From Eledone cirrhosa (taxonomy: Eukaryota): DNA of 64,000 nucleotides. A model generated the notes under the pieces. The model was not told the DNA's origin. It searched no databases and saw only the letters and a program-made list of their open reading frames with translations. Position numbers and translations under genes: made by a program. Shown in pieces: positions 63,701 to 64,000 of this stretch (position 1 is the first letter of the stretch; each line of letters opens with the position of its first letter). The stretch spans positions 196,478,001 to 196,542,000 of the forward strand of contig OZ024743.1 in NCBI GenBank assembly GCA_964016885.1, read 5' to 3'.

Positions 63701-64000
63701 GAGAATAGATATATATATATAGAGAGAGATGGTAGAGAATAGACATATATAGAGAGAGATGGTAGAGAATAGACATATATAGAGAGAGAGATGGTAGAGA
63801 ATAGACATATATAGAGAGAGAGAGATGGTAGAGAATAGATATATAGAGAGAGAGAGGGTAGAGAATAGATATATATATAGAGAGAGAGATGGTAGAGAAT
63901 AGATATATACAGAGAGAGATGGTAGAGAATAGATATATATAGAGAGAGATGGTAGAGAATAGATATATATATATAGAGAGAGAGATGGTAGAGAATAGAT

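Larger units (their letters stand above)
22680..64000. repeat. Giant ~30-bp compound minisatellite ATGGTAGAGAATAG[AT/AC](AT)n(AG)n with higher-order duplications
   Basis: Over a thousand units by length estimate; conserved 14-bp core with variable dinucleotide tracts; continues past the window end. Confidence 0.98.

Noticed and set aside
22603-63808. SILYHLSLYI-type ORFs up to 2177 aa on the minus strand
   Set aside because: The satellite minus strand simply lacks stop triplets in all three frames; 2-bp unit variation shuffles frames freely.
22680-64000. CRISPR-like appearance (constant core with variable spacers)
   Set aside because: Spacers are only (AT)n(AG)n length variants; eukaryotic context; no cas genes.

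Overview
Eukaryotic, extremely repeat-rich DNA with no supportable host protein-coding gene. The SINE and LINE types resemble those of octopus/cephalopod genomes (inference). 1-18.6 kb consists of kilobase-long interrupted (TA)n arrays that host retroelements: an internally deleted RTE (1800-2404); a near-intact Neptune-type Penelope-like element (PLE; RT + GIY-YIG) bracketed by ~560-bp inverted pLTRs (3454-7723); a hammerhead-containing repeat unit spanning a 200-N gap (11171-11660); an RTE 3' fragment; two decayed PLEs; and tRNA-derived SINEs. Five minimal type-I hammerhead ribozyme motifs from four distinct elements can be read directly in 3.5-15.2 kb. From ~22.7 kb to the end lies a >41-kb ~30-bp compound minisatellite, ATGGTAGAGAATAG-(AT)n-(AG)n, with nested higher-order duplications. 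It carries three Tx1/L1-clade LINE segments (two distinct insertions, one duplicated), all in the (AT)n part of the unit. The most notable observations are a U_UUU_UUA -1 slippery site joining an upstream ORF to the PLE RT frame, a retrozyme-like unit starting at its hammerhead cleavage site, and apparent satellite/(AT)n targeting by the Tx1 element. The long YI/SLY-rich ORFs in the track are repeat artefacts.
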